From Girardia tigrina (lineage: Eukaryota), in NCBI GenBank assembly GCA_001938485.1, contig MQRK01226661.1:1-52239 (forward strand): a stretch of DNA of 52,239 bases, in the 5' to 3' direction. A program made the position numbers and the translations under genes. The number at the start of each line of letters is the position of its first letter. Within the stretch, counting starts at the first letter, position 1. Of the stretch, positions 47,859 to 52,239 are shown in pieces. The notes below the pieces were generated by a model, which saw nothing but the letters and a program-made list of their open reading frames with translations, ran no database searches and was not told where the DNA came from.

Positions 47859-49570
47859 GTGTCTTCGAGGTCAAAAGAAAATTTCCATCGTGCACGAACT
47901 GTTCTGGATAACGAATTCTTTAATATATTAACAAATTCAAATATTTCCTCGGAAGAATATAAAGTTTCACAAAAAAATTGGATCGATTTAGGATGTAATA
48001 ATATAAAAGATTACGTCTCACAATACATGAAAACGGATGTATTGTTACTAGTAGAATTTTTTGAAAATCTAAGAAAAAAAATGTCTAGAATACTATGAAA
48101 TAGATTCATGTCACTGTTTTTCAGCACCAGGATTAACATGGCAAGCTGGAAGGAAATTTACTGGTCAAAAACTCAAATATTTTAAAGGAGAAACATATGA
48201 TATGCTTCTCTTTCTTGAAGCAGGAGTAATATGAGTTGCAACCGTATTGAGAAATAGATATATTGTTCCTCGTAATAAACATACTGAAGAAGATATCAAT
48301 AAAAATATTAGAATAACAGAATATGAATTTGATCTTATGTTAGAAGACTTTGAAAGATCAAAAGATAAAGCGAATTATGATTTTGATAAATTCTTCAGGG
48401 AAAATTATATTGTTTATTTTGATACAAACTCCTTATATTTTTCATCAATGTGTAAATTTTTACCAAAAGGAGAAATGGAATGGTGCGAAGATTTAACATA
48501 GGAAAAATCAATCAGGTTATGTATTTGAAGTTGATCTTGAATACCCTGATGAAATTAAGAAATATCATTTTATTATCCATTTTTCTCGAAAGATTAGTTC
48601 CTGATACTTCCTTTAAAGAGTTATCATCTTACGAAAAAATCTGTTTATACTGGGAGAAAGGATAAAACTGAAAAACCTGTGCAGACATATCTTGATAAAA
48701 ATAAATATATTGTTGAGGGGAAAACATTAGATTTTTATCTAAATGAAGAAATGATCTTGAAAAAAACCCATAGAAAATTAGTATATAAAAAATCTCCTTG
48801 GCTTAAACCATATATTGAATTTAATATTAAAAAACGAAAAGAAGCGAAACAAAAAGGAGATTCATTTGGGGATTTCTTTTTCAAATTATTATATAACGTA
48901 TTCTATGGTAAAACCCTAGAAAATATTAGAAATCACTCTAACATTAAAATAGTAAATAATGGAAAAACATTTGAAAAACTAGCTGGGAAACCAGAATATA
49001 AATCAATAACTCCCTTTAATAACAAACTTTGTGCTCTGGAAATGAGAAAAACTTCAATAAAATTTAATAAATTTAATTATATAGGGTTAACTGTTTTACA
49101 ACTCTCAAAATGTTTAATGTTTGAATTCGCATACAAGGGATTACATAGAACATGGGACTTTGAGTCTGGAAATATATTACTTCAGTATACTGATACAGAC
49201 TCTTTCTTTGTTCAAATATATGATAATTTTGAAAATATTTATGATAAACTAAATAATTGGTTACATCCAACTGAAAAAATTATTGAAGAAATGGTGAATA
49301 TTAAATCCAAAGATTATAGTTTTAAACATATTTTACTTGATAAAAATCTAAAGGGGAAACTTGTAGAAACAGGGGATTAAAGGATGTAATTTTTGCAAAT
49401 AGAGTTAATATTTTATTTAATAATGATTTAATCTTGAAAGAAGAAAAACATATTGTTTCTAAAAACCATGAAATAAATATAGTATCAAGAACTAAACAGG
49501 CATCCTTAGGATATGATAATAAAAGAAGAAGATATCCTCTAAATAACATTATGTCTTTCCCCATAGGTTT
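47859..49570 (+). pseudogene. Protein-primed family B DNA polymerase (Polinton/Maverick/adintovirus type), frameshifted
   Basis: YMKTDVLLL, FSAPGLTW, YFDTNSLY (motif A), FEVDLEYP, FFKLLYNVFYGK (motif B), YTDTDSFF (motif C). Confidence 0.92.
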
Positions 49571-51792
49571 TAATAAAGAAGAATTGACCTCCAAATATAT
49601 TTTATTTTAAAAAATGACTTGTGAAAATTCAAAAAAAAATTTTACTCTTAAAAAATATAATAAAGTATATAATAACGTTATTTTTTTAAATACGCAGCAA
49701 ATATTAGAAGATTTTAATAATGATTATGAAGATAGTGATTTTGAAAATAATTATGAAAGTAAGAGTTATAATATCAATGATAATATTGAAAGTGAAAGTT
49801 ATAATATAAATCAAAATGAATTTAATTTTCATTATGAAGGTATAGTTTATGCTAATACTCTTATTTATAGTGATTATTTTTTTTATCTTAACAATTGATT
49901 TTAATTTAGATTAAAAATATTAACCATACTTCCGTATGGCTTTTTCGTATCCGATTTTTTCGATTCCCATTTCCATTTTCTTTATTAAAAATATGAATTT
50001 TGAAAATTTTTGATAATAAATCTAGATTTTTTGATACTAAATCGATAATTTCTGTTGAATTTTGACTAATTTCTAATATTTTTAATAGAAAATCGATCAA
50101 AATTATTGATTTATTGCTATTTTCAAAAAGCCTCAAAAAGGCCCTTTTTGAAGGGTATGGGGTATTACCCCCATAATTACATTACTTCTGGGCTTTTATT
50201 TACTATATAATAAAATGCCTAACAAATAACTATTTGAAAACTTTACTTAACTTTTATTCATAATGTTTAAAAATTTTCCTTTCATAAATTATTTATGATA
50301 ACAATTATTATAACTGGAATTATTTGGATTGTAACATTTCATAAAAGTTAATTTATGATTTTCTTACAATTTTGAAGTAATTAAGTTTGTTGAAGGATTT
50401 ATTGTTGGTCAATTCGATGGAATAGATTAGCAAAAAAATCAAGACATGAAAGTATACCCAATTAAAGTATTTTTACTATTTTGTACCTTCTCTTCATATA
50501 CTGATTCAGTTTCATTTTTAGCTCAACTTTCGAAAGATTTAAAAGATTCCCAAACTCTTAATTACTTGCAAATATATTTGAATATAAAGGTAATCAAAAT
50601 TTATTTAAGATAAAAATTTACATTCGAAACAATAACAACAGTTGAATCTTTTCAGATTTATTTTTGTCCACAAGGTATAAGATTTCATCATGACCATAAA
50701 TCACATTGAAATCTGGAGTTATTTTTATTTTTGTTGCTATCCTCCTTGTGCCCATAATTGTTTCAATAATGTTAAACAGACCTATATTAAAGCCGGTAAT
50801 ATTGTCTTTGTGAATTTATCTCAGTTCTACTTCTAATTAAGCAAAAAATCTGGTCTTATCATATTTATAATTTCGTCTCATTTATTCAAGTAATTAAATA
50901 ATAGTCGCAATTTAATTTTAAAAGCATAAAAACGCCATTTATAAAAATTATATTTTCAAGGACAATTAAATTCGACGGTTTAACCATCATCGTCAGGTAA
51001 TCAAGAAAGTATGAATTTTATATCTGCTTATATAGGCAAGCAGTAATTATGCAACCAATTATAATAATTATGTCATCTAAACGTACTCAATAAAGTTTTC
51101 TTATGATCTTAAGACCTGAAATATAGTGCTTCACAAAAAAATGCTCCCGATAATTATTAAAACGAACACATTTAATTTTTAAATTATTTATATTTATGTT
51201 TACATTTGAATTAACAAAATTTATGTGTCGAACACTTTTACATCCACGCTTAAATTATGAAAATGCTCTTAAATTCTTTTACAGGGAGGACGAAACATCT
51301 CTCCAATGATTATGATATTAAACCCATTACATATAAATTGATATACGCGATTCGAATACAATCCAAGGGGGTTGGAGATTTATTGCACAATATATTTTTG
51401 ATTTTTTAAGTTTACTATTATTCTTAAAAATTAAAAGAATTATTTATACATTTTTAAATTGAACGTTTATGTGTGAATGTCTGATGATTCTGAAATTTGT
51501 GCATTGATTTGGGATTACGAGTGTCCAACCCAGATGACAGATTAATATTTTAATTCTTAATAACTGAAGCTACTTTAATTTAATTTAAGCTTAATGTTTT
51601 AAATAGTTTGAATAATTTATGTTTATTTTTTAGATATATAAATCAATTTAATATTTGTTTTAATATTCAAGTATCGAATTGTGATTAAAATAATTTGAAA
51701 ATAGTACAAACCTTCCAAAGTTTTTAAAGTTCAATTCCAATTAAAGTCCAGGGGATAAATCAACTTATAATATTAGGTCGTCCAGGATGATA

Positions 51793-52170
51793 TTAGTGGG
51801 AATAAAGTCAACTTTTATTGATAATTTATCAATACAAATATTTATGTCATTCATCAAAGTATTCACCCATATTATCGACCCACTTTGCCACTTGACCGGG
51901 AGATTTTTGAAGCTATTTGAATAAAAATTTAGTGGGCGAGAATCTATAAATTTCTAGAAAGTCATTTTTACTACACCTTCGGAATTGATTTTTTTTCCTA
52001 TCAAAAAGTTGTTCAAATTGAGGAAGAAATGGTTGTCAGTTTGAGAATGAAGGACTATACAGAAGTTTCAACTCAAGTTTCGGTAGTTTAGTTACAGTCT
52101 TAAATGCAGTATGTTGTTGTTGAATCTGATTTCCGGAGACTGAGCTTGAGCACCTTCAAGCCAATAGGAA
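51793..52170 (-). mobile_element. Mariner 3' fragment with TIR, cut off by the element starting at 52176
   Basis: HFFLNLNNFLIGKK...FIDSRPLNFYSNSFKNLPVKWQ/WVDNMGEYFDE*; TIR ends ...tttattcccactaa followed by TA. Confidence 0.75.
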
Positions 52171-52175
52171 TGCAC

Positions 52176-52239
52176 AGTAGGGGAAAAATGGGGATTCTCC
52201 CTCAGACCCCCCCCCCGGGGGGGGTCGTTACTAGTTACC
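52176..52239 (+). mobile_element. Second putative Polinton-like terminus, running off the window
   Basis: AGTAGGGGAAAAATG...C-run/G-run palindrome...GTTACTAGTTACC, the same architecture as at 41980. Confidence 0.5.

Overview
AT-rich eukaryotic, probably invertebrate, genomic DNA. It is essentially a graveyard of nested transposable elements, with two small N-gaps and no recognisable rRNA, tRNA or CRISPR. In order it holds: a condensed BEL/Pao LTR relic; a truncated EB1/MAPRE gene start; pieces of two Ty3/Gypsy families, both with intact -1 frameshift signals; a ~1.37-kb-arm inverted repeat; Tc1, mariner, DD41D, pogo/Tigger, hAT and piggyBac-type DNA transposons and MITEs; and a degraded metzincin-like protease. 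The most notable region is 41.98-49.6 kb. It has a putative Polinton/Maverick-like terminus packed with RFX X-box motifs and a protein-primed PolB pseudogene. Between them, on the minus strand, lies an LTR/PBS-led unit encoding a chuvirus-like (class III, herpes gB-type) fusion glycoprotein placed upstream of an integrase fragment. All family assignments come from motifs recognised by eye; no searches were run.
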